Shown: piece by piece, positions 48,584 to 57,873 of the stretch
How the letters are laid out: every line of letters begins with the position of its first letter
How positions within the stretch are numbered: position 1 is the stretch's first letter
Source of the DNA: Magnetococcales bacterium DCbin4
Lineage (GTDB): Bacteria > Pseudomonadota > Magnetococcia > Magnetococcales > UBA8363
Reading direction: 5' to 3'
Length of the DNA: 64,000 nucleotides
Assembly: GCA_002753735.1 (NCBI GenBank)
Contig: PEAN01000009.1
Span: 15,926-79,925, forward strand
Position numbers and translations under genes: made by a program
The notes under the pieces: model-generated
Database searches by the model: none
What the model was told of the DNA's origin: nothing
What the model saw: the letters and a program-made list of their open reading frames with translations, nothing else

Positions 48584-49423
48584 ATGTCTGAAGTTCAGAT
48601 CCGAAAAAAAGTCACCCTCGATTTTGAAAAACTTCGCTCCCGTGGTGTGTTGACGCCCGACTCCGGTCGCAGCGTGGTCGCAGAAGAGTATCGCGTCATC
48701 AAACGGCCGTTGTTGCTGGGGGGGTTGGGCAGTGAAGGGGGAAAGAGTGACAAACGCCGGAAGAAAATGATCATGGTGACCAGCGCCTTTCCCAAGGAGG
48801 GAAAGACGTTTACCGCCATCAATCTGGCCATGAGTTTGGCGGCAGAGATGGATTCGACGGTGCTTTTGGTCGATGGCGATGTCGCCAAGCCTTCGGTGGC
48901 GCGTATTCTTGGGTTCAAGGCCAAGGAGGGATTGATCGATTGCCTGTTGAACAAGGTGGATAATTTTAACGATGTATTGATTCGCACCAACGTTCCCAAA
49001 TTGATGATTCTCCCTTCGGGACGGCGGCACCATCATGCCACCGAGTTGTTGGCGAGTGAGAACATGCGGCTGCTGCTCAACCAGATCATGGAAGATCCTG
49101 ATCGGATCGTGGTGTTTGATTCGCCGCCATTGTTGGTGACCACCGAGGCACGGGAACTGGCGCGCAACATGGGACAGATCGTCATGGTGGTGGAGGCGGA
49201 GCGGACACCGCAGTTTGCCGTCAAGGATGCCTTGCAGCAGTTGGACAATCTGGAAATCGTGGGTTTGGTATTGAACAAGATCCGTAAACGTTCCAGTGGT
49301 GGATATTATTATTATGGCTATGGTGGTTATGGGGGATATGGTGGGTATGGTTCCTATGGTGGATATGGTTCTGAAGAGCCCCAGGGCAAACGGGGATGGT
49401 TCAAGCGGTTGTTCGGGTTGTGA
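48584..49423 (+). CDS. Exopolysaccharide tyrosine autokinase (BY-kinase ATPase subunit)
   Basis: Walker A-like SAFPKEGKT, Walker A' VLLVDGD and Walker B IVVFDSPP. It has a C-terminal Tyr cluster, GGYYYYGYGGYGGYGGYGSYGGYG. Confidence 0.8.
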   Translation: MSEVQIRKKVTLDFEKLRSRGVLTPDSGRSVVAEEYRVIKRPLLLGGLGSEGGKSDKRRKKMIMVTSAFPKEGKTFTAINLAMSLAAEMDSTVLLVDGDVAKPSVARILGFKAKEGLIDCLLNKVDNFNDVLIRTNVPKLMILPSGRRHHHATELLASENMRLLLNQIMEDPDRIVVFDSPPLLVTTEARELARNMGQIVMVVEAERTPQFAVKDALQQLDNLEIVGLVLNKIRKRSSGGYYYYGYGGYGGYGGYGSYGGYGSEEPQGKRGWFKRLFGL

Positions 49424-49426
49424 CCA

Positions 49427-50527
49427 ATGAATGCTCCGATTTTATGTGTCGTGGGGGCGCGCCCCAATTTCATGAAGATGGCGGCGATCCTGCCTGCGCT
49501 CAAGGCGCGGCAGGTGGCAACGCGGTTGATTCATACCGGGCAGCATTATGACCCGGCGATGAAGGAGACATTTTTCCAGCAGTTGGGCATTCCCGAGCCG
49601 GACATGGATCTGGAGGTGGGGTCGGGGACCCATGCGGTGCAGACGGCCCGGATCATGATGGGGTTCGAGCCTGTCATTGATGCTGAGAAGCCGAGGGCGG
49701 TACTGGTGGTTGGGGATGTCAACTCGACCATCGCCTGTGCCTTGGTGGCGGTCAAAAAGGGGGTACCGGTCATTCATGTGGAAGCGGGGTTGCGTAGTGG
49801 CGACCGGGGGATGCCGGAGGAGATCAACCGTATTCTGACCGATCAGCTTTCCGATTTCCTTTTTACTACGGAGCGCAGCGCCGAGGACAATCTGGTTGCG
49901 GAGGGGATTGATCGCAGGCGGATTCATTTCGTGGGCAATGTCATGATTGACACCCTGTTTCGTCTGCTGCCACTGGCCCCGACTGCGGTCGAAGTCATGG
50001 CGGCGGGTGGACATGGGGTTTTGGATGGGGCGGCGTTTGGTTTGGTGACGTTGCATCGTCCTTCCAATGTGGATGATCCTGAGACCTTGAATCTGTTGAT
50101 GACCTGCCTGGCGCAGCAGAGCAAAAAGCTTCCTTTGGTGTTTCCGGTGCATCCCAGGACGCGGCAGCGATTGCAGGATGGGGGGTTGGATCGTGTGCTG
50201 GATCGTGCCAGGGTGATTCTTTTGCCGCCGGTTGGGTATTTGGAAATGTTGGGTTTGATGAAGTCGGCCAAGGTGATTTTGACCGATTCGGGGGGGGTAC
50301 AGGAGGAATCGACTGCTTTGGGATGTCCGTGTTTGACATTGCGCGAGAATACTGAGCGTCCGGTGACGGTGACCGAGGGAACCAACACGGTTGTGGGGCG
50401 GGATCCTGAAAAAATTGCTGCGGTGTTGGACGATATTCTGACCAAAGGTGGCAAGGCGGGTCGGATTCCTGAATTATGGGATGGACATGCGGCGGATCGC
50501 ATTGCACAACACCTGGCTGCGGTTTGA
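49427..50527 (+). CDS. wecB: UDP-N-acetylglucosamine 2-epimerase (non-hydrolysing)
   Basis: 366 aa. VVGARPNFMKMA, HTGQHYD, VHVEAGLRS and the DSGGVQEE motif. Confidence 0.9.
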   Translation: MNAPILCVVGARPNFMKMAAILPALKARQVATRLIHTGQHYDPAMKETFFQQLGIPEPDMDLEVGSGTHAVQTARIMMGFEPVIDAEKPRAVLVVGDVNSTIACALVAVKKGVPVIHVEAGLRSGDRGMPEEINRILTDQLSDFLFTTERSAEDNLVAEGIDRRRIHFVGNVMIDTLFRLLPLAPTAVEVMAAGGHGVLDGAAFGLVTLHRPSNVDDPETLNLLMTCLAQQSKKLPLVFPVHPRTRQRLQDGGLDRVLDRARVILLPPVGYLEMLGLMKSAKVILTDSGGVQEESTALGCPCLTLRENTERPVTVTEGTNTVVGRDPEKIAAVLDDILTKGGKAGRIPELWDGHAADRIAQHLAAV

Positions 50528-50549
50528 ATGATGATGTGGAACGGGCGTC

Positions 50550-51443
50550 ATGGCCTTTGATGGACATCTCCTTTCCCCTGTCGTCAACGCATTGACCGTT
50601 GATGTCGAAGATTATTTCCACGTTGCGTTGTTTGAGGAGCACATCTCCGATGACCGATGGCACTCCATGGAACATCGGGTCGAGGCAAATACCGACCGCA
50701 TATTGGAATTGCTTGATCAGAAGGGGATATCGGGTACTTTTTTCATCCTTGGCTGGGTTGCGGAGCGCTTTCCTGGTTTGGTGCGACGCATTGTGGATCA
50801 GGGACATGAAGTGGCCAGCCATGGGATGCGTCATCGACGGGTGACGACGCAATCCCCGGAGGAGTTTCTTCAGGACGCTTCACAATGTAAACAGATGCTT
50901 GAGGATGTGAGTGGTACGGCGGTGCTGGGGTATCGGGCATCGACCTATTCGATTGGCCGGGATAATTTGTGGGCGCTGGATGTGTTGGAGCAGGCGGGTT
51001 ATCGATACAGCTCCAGTATTTATCCCATTCGCCATGATCTTTATGGTTGGCCTGAAGCGCCACGTTTTCCGTTTCATCCCAGGCAGCAGGCGGGACGGGG
51101 GGATGGTTTGTTGGAAATCCCTGTTTCAACTTTGGAATGGTTTGGTCATCGCCTGCCGTGTGGTGGTGGGGGGTATTTTCGGTTTTATCCTTTGTTTTTC
51201 TCTCTTTGGGCATTGCGTCATCTCAACCGGAGTGAGGGGAAAAGTGCGGTCTTCTTCCTTCATCCATGGGAGTTGGATCCTGGGCAACCGCGGTTGTCTG
51301 GTTTGCCGCTGAAGGTTCGTTTCCGCCACTATTTGAATTTGGCAAGAATGGAAACCCGGTTGGAACGTTTGCTGGTCGAATTTCGTTGGGATCGGATGGA
51401 CCGGGTGTTTGCGCATTGGCTGGGGAAGGAGGTGGGGGGATGA
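50550..51443 (+). CDS. Polysaccharide deacetylase, exosortase (XrtA)/PEP-CTERM-locus subfamily
   Basis: NALTVDVEDYFHV...GTFFILGWVAERFP...GHEVASHG (NodB-type motifs). The gene order matches PEP-CTERM EPS loci. Confidence 0.8.
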   Translation: MAFDGHLLSPVVNALTVDVEDYFHVALFEEHISDDRWHSMEHRVEANTDRILELLDQKGISGTFFILGWVAERFPGLVRRIVDQGHEVASHGMRHRRVTTQSPEEFLQDASQCKQMLEDVSGTAVLGYRASTYSIGRDNLWALDVLEQAGYRYSSSIYPIRHDLYGWPEAPRFPFHPRQQAGRGDGLLEIPVSTLEWFGHRLPCGGGGYFRFYPLFFSLWALRHLNRSEGKSAVFFLHPWELDPGQPRLSGLPLKVRFRHYLNLARMETRLERLLVEFRWDRMDRVFAHWLGKEVGG

Positions 51444-52492
51444 GTCAAGGCGGCGTGGAGGGAATGACGGTCCGGGTGATGGAATCACGGGATCGGCCTG
51501 CATGGGATCGGTTTGTCATGGGGGCGGGGCAGGCGACTTTTTTTCATCGTTCTGGTTGGCAGCGGGTATTGGCGGAGGCTTTTGGTCATCAGACCTGGTA
51601 TCTCATGGCGGAGATGGATGGGGTGGTTGTGGGGGTATTGCCTTTGGGGCGTATCAGGAGTTGGTTGTTCGGGGATGCTTTGATTTCCACTCCTTTTTGT
51701 GTTTATGGGGGGATTGTTGCCGAGGATGGGGCGGTTGCCTTGATGTTGGAGCGGGAGGCGGTTGCTTTGGCGCATCGGTTGGGGGTGGATCATTTGGAGT
51801 TGCGTGCTTCGACTGCCATGCATCCGCAGTGGTTGGTCAAGGATCTTTATTGTACTTTCAAAAAGGAGATTTCTTCTGATCCCGAGGTCAATTTGAGTGC
51901 CATTCCCCGCAAGCAGCGGGCCGAGGTTCGTCGCGGGATCAACAAGGGGTTGGTGGGGATGGTGGAGCAGGATGTGGCTGCGGCGTGTTATGACATTTAT
52001 TCGGAGAGTGTCCATCATTTGGGGACTCCGGTTTTCCCTCGCCATTATTTCGCCCTGTTGAAGGATGAGTTCGGCGATGATTGTGATGCTTTGGTGATTC
52101 GTCATGAATCGACCCCGGTGGCGGCGGTTTTGAATTTTTATTTTCGCGATCAGGTGTTGCCTTATTATGGCGGAGGGGTTGCTGCGGGACGGGCTTTTGG
52201 GGCGACGGCGTATATGTATTGGGATTTGATGAATCGGGCGGCTGGTGATCGGGGGGTCAGGGTTTTTGATTTTGGTCGCAGCAAGGTTGGGAGTGGCTCT
52301 TATGATTTCAAGCGGTATTTTGGCTTTGAGCCGCAGGCTTTGCATTATGCTTGTCATTTGGTGCGGGGGCAGGCGATGCCCAATGTCAGTCCGAATAATC
52401 CCAAATATCGATTGTTCATCGATTTTTGGAAAAAGCTTCCTTTGGGGGTGACTCGTATGCTTGGACCGATGATTGCCAAAAATCTTGGCTGA
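51440..52492 (+). CDS. FemAB-family (GNAT-fold) protein, PEP-CTERM-system associated
   Basis: ATG 51440 overlaps the upstream stop (ATGA). VRVMESRDRPAWDRFV...ATFFHRSGWQRVL fits this subfamily. The ORF-track start at 51266 lies inside the deacetylase gene. Confidence 0.75.
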   Translation: MSQGGVEGMTVRVMESRDRPAWDRFVMGAGQATFFHRSGWQRVLAEAFGHQTWYLMAEMDGVVVGVLPLGRIRSWLFGDALISTPFCVYGGIVAEDGAVALMLEREAVALAHRLGVDHLELRASTAMHPQWLVKDLYCTFKKEISSDPEVNLSAIPRKQRAEVRRGINKGLVGMVEQDVAAACYDIYSESVHHLGTPVFPRHYFALLKDEFGDDCDALVIRHESTPVAAVLNFYFRDQVLPYYGGGVAAGRAFGATAYMYWDLMNRAAGDRGVRVFDFGRSKVGSGSYDFKRYFGFEPQALHYACHLVRGQAMPNVSPNNPKYRLFIDFWKKLPLGVTRMLGPMIAKNLG

Positions 52493-52509
52493 TCGGGGTA
52501 TAAAAAATG

Positions 52510-53121
52510 ATCAAGAAAAAAAAGGGGTCTGGGGGATTGCCCCCAGGACTTTGATTTTGACTTTGATTTTGTTTTTGATTTTGGTTTTACTTCCCCCACA
52601 GGGGGTTTGGGGGACGAAGTCCCCCATGTTTTGCTTTTGTTTTTTTTCTGGAGGAATCTGTGAGGGATGACATGTTGGAGGGGTCATCCGCATTTTCGAT
52701 TTGGGTGTTTTAAGCGGAACCCTGGAGGATTTCGTCCCCCAGACCCCCTGTGGGGGATGGAAAAGCAAAAGCAGAACCCTGGAGGACTTCGTCCCCCAGA
52801 CCCCCTGTGGGGGATGGAAAAACAAAAACAAAAGCAAAAGCAGAACCCTGGAGGACTTCGTCCCCCAGACCCCCTGTGGGGGATGGAAAAACAAAAACAA
52901 AAGCAAAAGCAGAACCCTGGAGGACTTCGTCCCCCAGACCCCCTGTGGGGGATGGAAAAACAAAAACAAAAGCAAAAGCAGAACCCTGGAGGACTTCGTC
53001 CCCCAGACCCCCTGTGGGGGATGGAAAATCAAAATCAAAATCAAAGTCAAAATCAAAGTCAAAGTCAAAATCAAAGTCAAAGTCCTGGGGGCAATCCCCC
53101 AGACCCCTTTTTTTTCTTAAT
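52510..53121. mobile_element. Expanded 612-bp member of the MITE-like family with 41-bp terminal inverted repeats and an internal tandem array
   Basis: 52510-52550 matches the reverse complement of 53081-53121 at 40/41 positions. (TTGAYT)n hexamer tracts lie inside both arms. One inverted copy of the array unit is at about 52590-52627. Confidence 0.7.
52717..53030. repeat. Tandem repeat, about 5 units (57, 69, 69, 69 bp plus a partial unit)
   Basis: Units start at 52717, 52774, 52843, 52912 and 52981. The unit is GAACCCTGGAGGACTTCGTCCCCCAGACCCCCTGTGGGGGATGGAAAAACAAAAACAAAAGCAAAAGCA. The three 69-bp units are identical by eye. Confidence 0.9.
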
Positions 53122-53134
53122 CCTGGGGAATCTC

Positions 53135-54292
53135 ATGGAACGCAGGACAGAGACGCCCCTCCGCGTCGCCCTGGTTCGACAACGCTACACCCCATTCGGC
53201 GGAGCCGAACGGTTTGTAGACCGTGTCATGGAAACCCTGGTACGCCAGGAAATAACCGTCACCATCGTCGCACGACGTTGGCGAGGTGACGAAAAAAATG
53301 AATCAGCCCCCCGCTGCGATCCATTCCACATCGGACGTCTATGGCGCGACTACGGGTTTGCCCGTTGCGTGCAACAGCAATGGTTGGGCCGCCCGGAATG
53401 GGTGGTCCAATCCCATGAACGAATCCCCGGATGCAATCTGTATCGCGCCGGCGACGGAGTCCACGCCCAATGGCTACACAACCGCGCCCGAATACAAAAT
53501 CCCTGGCAATACCTGGCAACCCGCTTCAATCCCTATCACCGCTATCTGTGTGCCATGGAACGGCGCCTGTTTACCCATCCCTCCCTGCGCGCGGTCATCT
53601 GTAATTCAATAATGGTCCGTGACGAAATCATCTCCTGGTTCCAAATCCCCAAGGAAAAACTACACGTTATCTATTCCGGAGTGGATACGGTGACGTTCCA
53701 CCCCCGCTCCAAAGAAGATCATGAACACCATGTGCGTTCAGAATGGAATATTCCTCCGGATGCAACCCTGTTCTTGTTTGTGGGTTCCGGTTATGAACGA
53801 AAAGGATTGCTGCCATTGCTCCAGGCAATGACACAGGTGAAACATGCCTGGTTGCTGGTGGTGGGGCGTGACGCCCAAGAACGAAAATTCAAAAAGATTG
53901 CAAACAGATTACAGGTGTCGGACCGCGTCCGGTTTGCCGGCGGCCGCAAAGAGGTCCGCCCCTTCTACGCCGCCGCCGACGCCGTTGTCCTCCCCACCCT
54001 GTACGATCCATTCCCAAATGTCGCCCTCGAAACCATGGCCTGTGGCCTGCCATTGGTGACCAGCCATCAATGCGGTGCCTCCGATTTCCTTAAAGAGGGA
54101 CGCGCCGGATTGCTATGTGACGCCCTGGACGTCGCTACCTTGGCACAACACCTGACCAGCCTCATGGACCCCCAACTGCGATACCGCCTGGGAAACGAAG
54201 GCCGAACCCTGGCCGAAACCTTGACCTGGGAGCGGATGGGGGCAAGGCTGGATGCACTCTATCGGCAGGTGTTCAATGCTGACCTGAAATAA
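53135..54292 (+). CDS. Family 4 glycosyltransferase (WaaG/RfaG-like)
   Basis: From ATG 53135, LRVALVRQRYTPFGGAERF resembles the WaaG N-terminus. The C-terminal E-x7-E region is LPTLYDPFPNVALETMACGLP. The 156 codons upstream in the ORF track are read-through of the repeat. Confidence 0.8.
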   Translation: MERRTETPLRVALVRQRYTPFGGAERFVDRVMETLVRQEITVTIVARRWRGDEKNESAPRCDPFHIGRLWRDYGFARCVQQQWLGRPEWVVQSHERIPGCNLYRAGDGVHAQWLHNRARIQNPWQYLATRFNPYHRYLCAMERRLFTHPSLRAVICNSIMVRDEIISWFQIPKEKLHVIYSGVDTVTFHPRSKEDHEHHVRSEWNIPPDATLFLFVGSGYERKGLLPLLQAMTQVKHAWLLVVGRDAQERKFKKIANRLQVSDRVRFAGGRKEVRPFYAAADAVVLPTLYDPFPNVALETMACGLPLVTSHQCGASDFLKEGRAGLLCDALDVATLAQHLTSLMDPQLRYRLGNEGRTLAETLTWERMGARLDALYRQVFNADLK

Positions 54293-54303
54293 ATGACGGT
54301 ACC

Positions 54304-55344
54304 TTACGAGTCATGGAGGGGATCGGAAAATTTCGCCTTGATTTTCAGGATGTCCGGCAGAATGTCGAAGAAAATTCGTACCAAATGGGGATCAAATGCA
54401 GTGCCGGAACACTGGTTGATTTCATCAAGTGCTCGTTCCACCGTCCAAGGTTGTTTATAGGGACGTTTGGAAGTCAAAGCATCGAATACATCGGCCAGAC
54501 TGCAAATACGTCCCAAGAGGGGGATGGCATCGCGTGCCAATCCATGGGGATAACCATTGCCATCCCACCGCTCATGATGGGTCAGCGCAATCGTGTGGGC
54601 TGTGCGCATCAATAAAGAAGGCTCCTGATCAAGCAGTTTTCCGCCAAGGGTGGTGTGCGTTTTCATGATGGCAAACTCCTCGTCGGTTAACTTTCCCGGC
54701 TTGAGGAGAATGCTGTCGGGAATGCCGATTTTTCCGACGTCATGCATGGGGGCAGCATGCTGTAACAGTTCCTGCTCGTTGCGTGACAGGCCATAAGCCT
54801 GTCCCATCAGGGCGGAATAATGACTCATGCGATGGATGTGCTGTCCGGTTTCGTTGTCCCGGTATTCAGCCGCCTGTCCCAGCCTCCGGATGATCTCCAT
54901 CCGGGTGCGCAACAGTTCCGACTCCCGGTCCGCCAGGGTCTGGGCGATCCGTGCGGCGCGCAGAATGTAGTGCATGCGATATCCCAACAAACCCCAGTGG
55001 ATGGGCTTGGTGATGAAATCGGTCGCCCCTGCCTGATAGGCCCTCTCTATGGAGGAAAGATCATCCAGCGAGGTGGCCATTACGATGGGGAGATGCCGGA
55101 ATTCTTCCTTCCGACGGACGGTTTCGCAAAGTTCAAACCCATCCATCCCAGGCATCACCACATCGGTAATCACCAGGTCGTACCGTTCCTGCTGTAACAA
55201 AGTCCAGGCATGAAGGCCACCTTCCGCTTCCTCTACACGGAACCCCGCCTGCCTCAGTGCTTCACTCATGGGCAGCCGATGCAAAAATTCATCATCTACG
55301 ATCAGTATTCGAGAAACATGCGACTTGTCCATCTGCTGCTCCAT
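54304..55344 (-). CDS. Response regulator, REC + HD-GYP
   Basis: ILIVDDEF and TDVVMPGMDG (REC), then HDVGKIGIPD and HHERWDGNGYP (HD-GYP). Confidence 0.9.
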   Translation of the reverse strand: MEQQMDKSHVSRILIVDDEFLHRLPMSEALRQAGFRVEEAEGGLHAWTLLQQERYDLVITDVVMPGMDGFELCETVRRKEEFRHLPIVMATSLDDLSSIERAYQAGATDFITKPIHWGLLGYRMHYILRAARIAQTLADRESELLRTRMEIIRRLGQAAEYRDNETGQHIHRMSHYSALMGQAYGLSRNEQELLQHAAPMHDVGKIGIPDSILLKPGKLTDEEFAIMKTHTTLGGKLLDQEPSLLMRTAHTIALTHHERWDGNGYPHGLARDAIPLLGRICSLADVFDALTSKRPYKQPWTVERALDEINQCSGTAFDPHLVRIFFDILPDILKIKAKFSDPLHDS

Positions 55345-55455
55345 AAAAATTCAACATCTTAAGTGGTGTACATCGCAGGCTGGGAGCGATTCAAACCGCT
55401 CAAGTCTACGGAACCTCTTCCAGAGAGATGCCATCCGTTATCTTGATCACCTCTT

Positions 55456-55863
55456 TTACATCCCGACGGTCCTGGTCGAAAGATTGGCCAGTTTGGCCCG
55501 TTGCAACCAGGATTGGATACGCGCAATCAGGATTGTGGGATTGGGTGGCTTGTTGATGAAATCATCTCCCCCACATTCCAGGCACCGGGCCCGTTCGAGG
55601 TCGCTTTGCGCCGAAGTCAGGAAGATCACGGGGATGAAGTTCGCCTTGGATCCCCCGGCCTTGATCCGCTGGGTCGTCTGATAGCCATCCATGACCGGCA
55701 TGTGGATGTCCATCAAGACCAGATCGCATGGCTCTTCCTCCATGCGTGCCAAGGCTTCAAGCCCATTTTCAGCCATAAGCGTACGATGCCCATCCTGCTG
55801 AAGGAGTTCCTTCAGAAAGAGTCGGATGAGCAGGTCATCATCTACAACCAGAACGGTCGCCAT
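55456..55863 (-). CDS. Single-domain response regulator (CheY-like REC)
   Basis: 135 aa. VLVVDDDLL, LMDIHMPVMDG and a conserved K in FINKP. Confidence 0.85.
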   Translation of the reverse strand: MATVLVVDDDLLIRLFLKELLQQDGHRTLMAENGLEALARMEEEPCDLVLMDIHMPVMDGYQTTQRIKAGGSKANFIPVIFLTSAQSDLERARCLECGGDDFINKPPNPTILIARIQSWLQRAKLANLSTRTVGM

Positions 55864-55923
55864 GGCTGGTATTCAATCCAGAAGATGGGCTGATGATGAA
55901 TGGGGATCCATGGACAAAAACGC

Positions 55924-57873
55924 TCATCCCGATCCTTCCCGGTATTCGCTCTCTTGCGGCAGGATCAAAAACCGATTCAATGCTTCGGAAGCTTCAGCGA
56001 ACGTGGTGTGGCACTGACTGAAATGATTCGCTACGATATCAAACCGGGAATGGTTCTCTTCCATGGCGTGTCCCAGTCTGGCCAGACTTACCGCTCCCAT
56101 GCTCAAACTGGAGGATTTCAAGGAATGGGCCGCGAAACTGACTCCTTGACTGTCTTGTCGTTCAATGGCCAGTTCCAGATCGGATAACAGTTTTTGCGTT
56201 TGAGTCATGAAATGATCCATCATCCGATGCGGCAGCATGGGATTGCCTTTTTGCGCCAGATTCTGGATGCAGCTGAGTGTCGACAGATCCAGGATCGGGG
56301 AAGAATGTGCGGCATCCGTGTTCACATCTTTCCTCGGATGATCCCGATCTGGTGTCGGCAGCGGCGACCGGTCTTGTGATTCATGTGTTGCGAGGGCGTC
56401 ACTTGCGGTGGTCTTGGCGATCTGATCACTTTGATCATTCGGATCAATCCAACAACGCAAAACAGGTTCCAGGTCGGTCAGGTTGAGCGGTTTTTGCAAA
56501 AAGTCATCCATACCCGCCTCCAGGCACTCCTTACGGCATTCCTGCAAAACATGTGCGGTCAGGGCGATGATGGGGGTATGCCGGTTTGTGTGTTCCAGTT
56601 CCCATTGACGCAACTGTTTGGTGGTTTCAAAGCCGTTGAGCACAGGCATTTCGCAATCCAGGAAGATGGCATCGAAGGGGGTGGGGGTGGCACGGTAGAT
56701 CGAAATGGCATCCTGCCCGTTATTGGCGACTGTCACCTGGAACCCAAACATTTCGAACATCGCTGCCGCCACTTCCTGGTTGAGATGATTGTCTTCGACC
56801 AGCAGAATCCGCCTGCCGCGAAAATCACTGTTCGATATGGATTTACGTCGGGTCGGCTGCATGGAGATGGCCTTCCGGTCCCCGGCACGTTGTTTGCCGA
56901 ACCTGGCGGTGAACCAGAAGGAGGAACCCTGGCCCGGGGTACTCTCCACCTGAAGTTCTCCGTCCATCATGGTTGCCAGTCGCCGACTGATGGCCAACCC
57001 CAGACCGGTTCCGCCGAATCTGCGCGATATCGAAGTATCTTCCTGGGAATAATCCTGGAACAACTGTTGTTGGAATTCAGGAGAAATCCCCATCCCCGTA
57101 TCGGTCACCCGGAAACGGAGCAGGGTATCGATTTCACGTTCTTCCATAACTTCCACCACCACATCAACGGATCCATTTTCGGTAAACTTGATGGCGTTCC
57201 CGATCAAGTTGAACAAAATTTGTTTCAAGCGGTGGAAATCTCCCAGCAGGTGGATGGGAACGGAATCAGTTAGTGCACAGTGGAAATCGACTTTCTTACG
57301 TCTCGCCTGCGCCATGAACATGTCGTTGAGATCAACGATCACTTCGTCCAGATCAAAACGTAACAGTTCCAGGGACAGACGACCCGCCTGCATCTTGGAA
57401 AAGTCGAGGATGTCATTGATGATTCGCAGCAGAATGCGCCCGGAACGTTGGATGGCCTCCGCATAATGGCGTTGTTGGTTGGACAGTGCTGTGTGAAGAA
57501 GCAGATCTGCCATCCCCAATACACCATTCATGGGGGTGCGGATTTCGTGGCTCATGGTGGTGAGGAAGGCGGTTTTTGCCCGATTGGCATGTTCTGCTTG
57601 TTCTTTGGCCAATTTCAAGTTGGCTTCGATACGCTTGCGCTCGGTGATATTGCGCACGATCGACCACATGGCCTCGGGTTGGTCATTATTGTCGCGCAAC
57701 AGGAAGGTTCTTATTTCCACAGGAATGCGTGTTCCATCCTTGCGAATCCATTCTTTTTCACAGACCTGGGACTTGCCATGCGGCAGGATTTGTTGCGTGA
57801 AGACCTCGTCTTCGATTATGGGCCATGTTTTTTTCCGCCAGGTCGATCCCTGCCGGAGCACGTAACTCTTCAT
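55924..57873 (-). CDS. C-terminal part of a hybrid histidine kinase (half PAS, HisKA, HATPase, REC, HPt); probably one gene with 57758-59023 disrupted by a frameshift
   Basis: H-box [11 protein letters not shown]-boxes DTGMGI and GGTGLGL. REC motif [11 protein letters not shown]. HPt motif AHSLKSSS. The N-terminus begins in the middle of a PAS fold. Confidence 0.8.
   Translation of the reverse strand: MKSYVLRQGSTWRKKTWPIIEDEVFTQQILPHGKSQVCEKEWIRKDGTRIPVEIRTFLLRDNNDQPEAMWSIVRNITERKRIEANLKLAKEQAEHANRAKTAFLTTMSHEIRTPMNGVLGMADLLLHTALSNQQRHYAEAIQRSGRILLRIINDILDFSKMQAGRLSLELLRFDLDEVIVDLNDMFMAQARRKKVDFHCALTDSVPIHLLGDFHRLKQILFNLIGNAIKFTENGSVDVVVEVMEEREIDTLLRFRVTDTGMGISPEFQQQLFQDYSQEDTSISRRFGGTGLGLAISRRLATMMDGELQVESTPGQGSSFWFTARFGKQRAGDRKAISMQPTRRKSISNSDFRGRRILLVEDNHLNQEVAAAMFEMFGFQVTVANNGQDAISIYRATPTPFDAIFLDCEMPVLNGFETTKQLRQWELEHTNRHTPIIALTAHVLQECRKECLEAGMDDFLQKPLNLTDLEPVLRCWIDPNDQSDQIAKTTASDALATHESQDRSPLPTPDRDHPRKDVNTDAAHSSPILDLSTLSCIQNLAQKGNPMLPHRMMDHFMTQTQKLLSDLELAIERQDSQGVSFAAHSLKSSSLSMGAVSLARLGHAMEENHSRFDIVANHFSQCHTTFAEASEALNRFLILPQESEYREGSG

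Noticed and set aside
52717-53030. Regularly spaced repeats that might be taken for a CRISPR array
   Set aside because: The units are directly contiguous 57-69-bp tandem copies with no unique spacers. They are embedded in an inverted-repeat element, and no cas genes are nearby.
52511-53289. Repetitive-peptide ORFs (189 aa minus strand; 139 aa and 179 aa plus strand) and the 156-codon N-terminal extension of the 541-aa ORF
   Set aside because: They exist only because the tandem repeat lacks stops in several frames on both strands. The glycosyltransferase homology starts at ATG 53135. There is no start context or protein-like composition.
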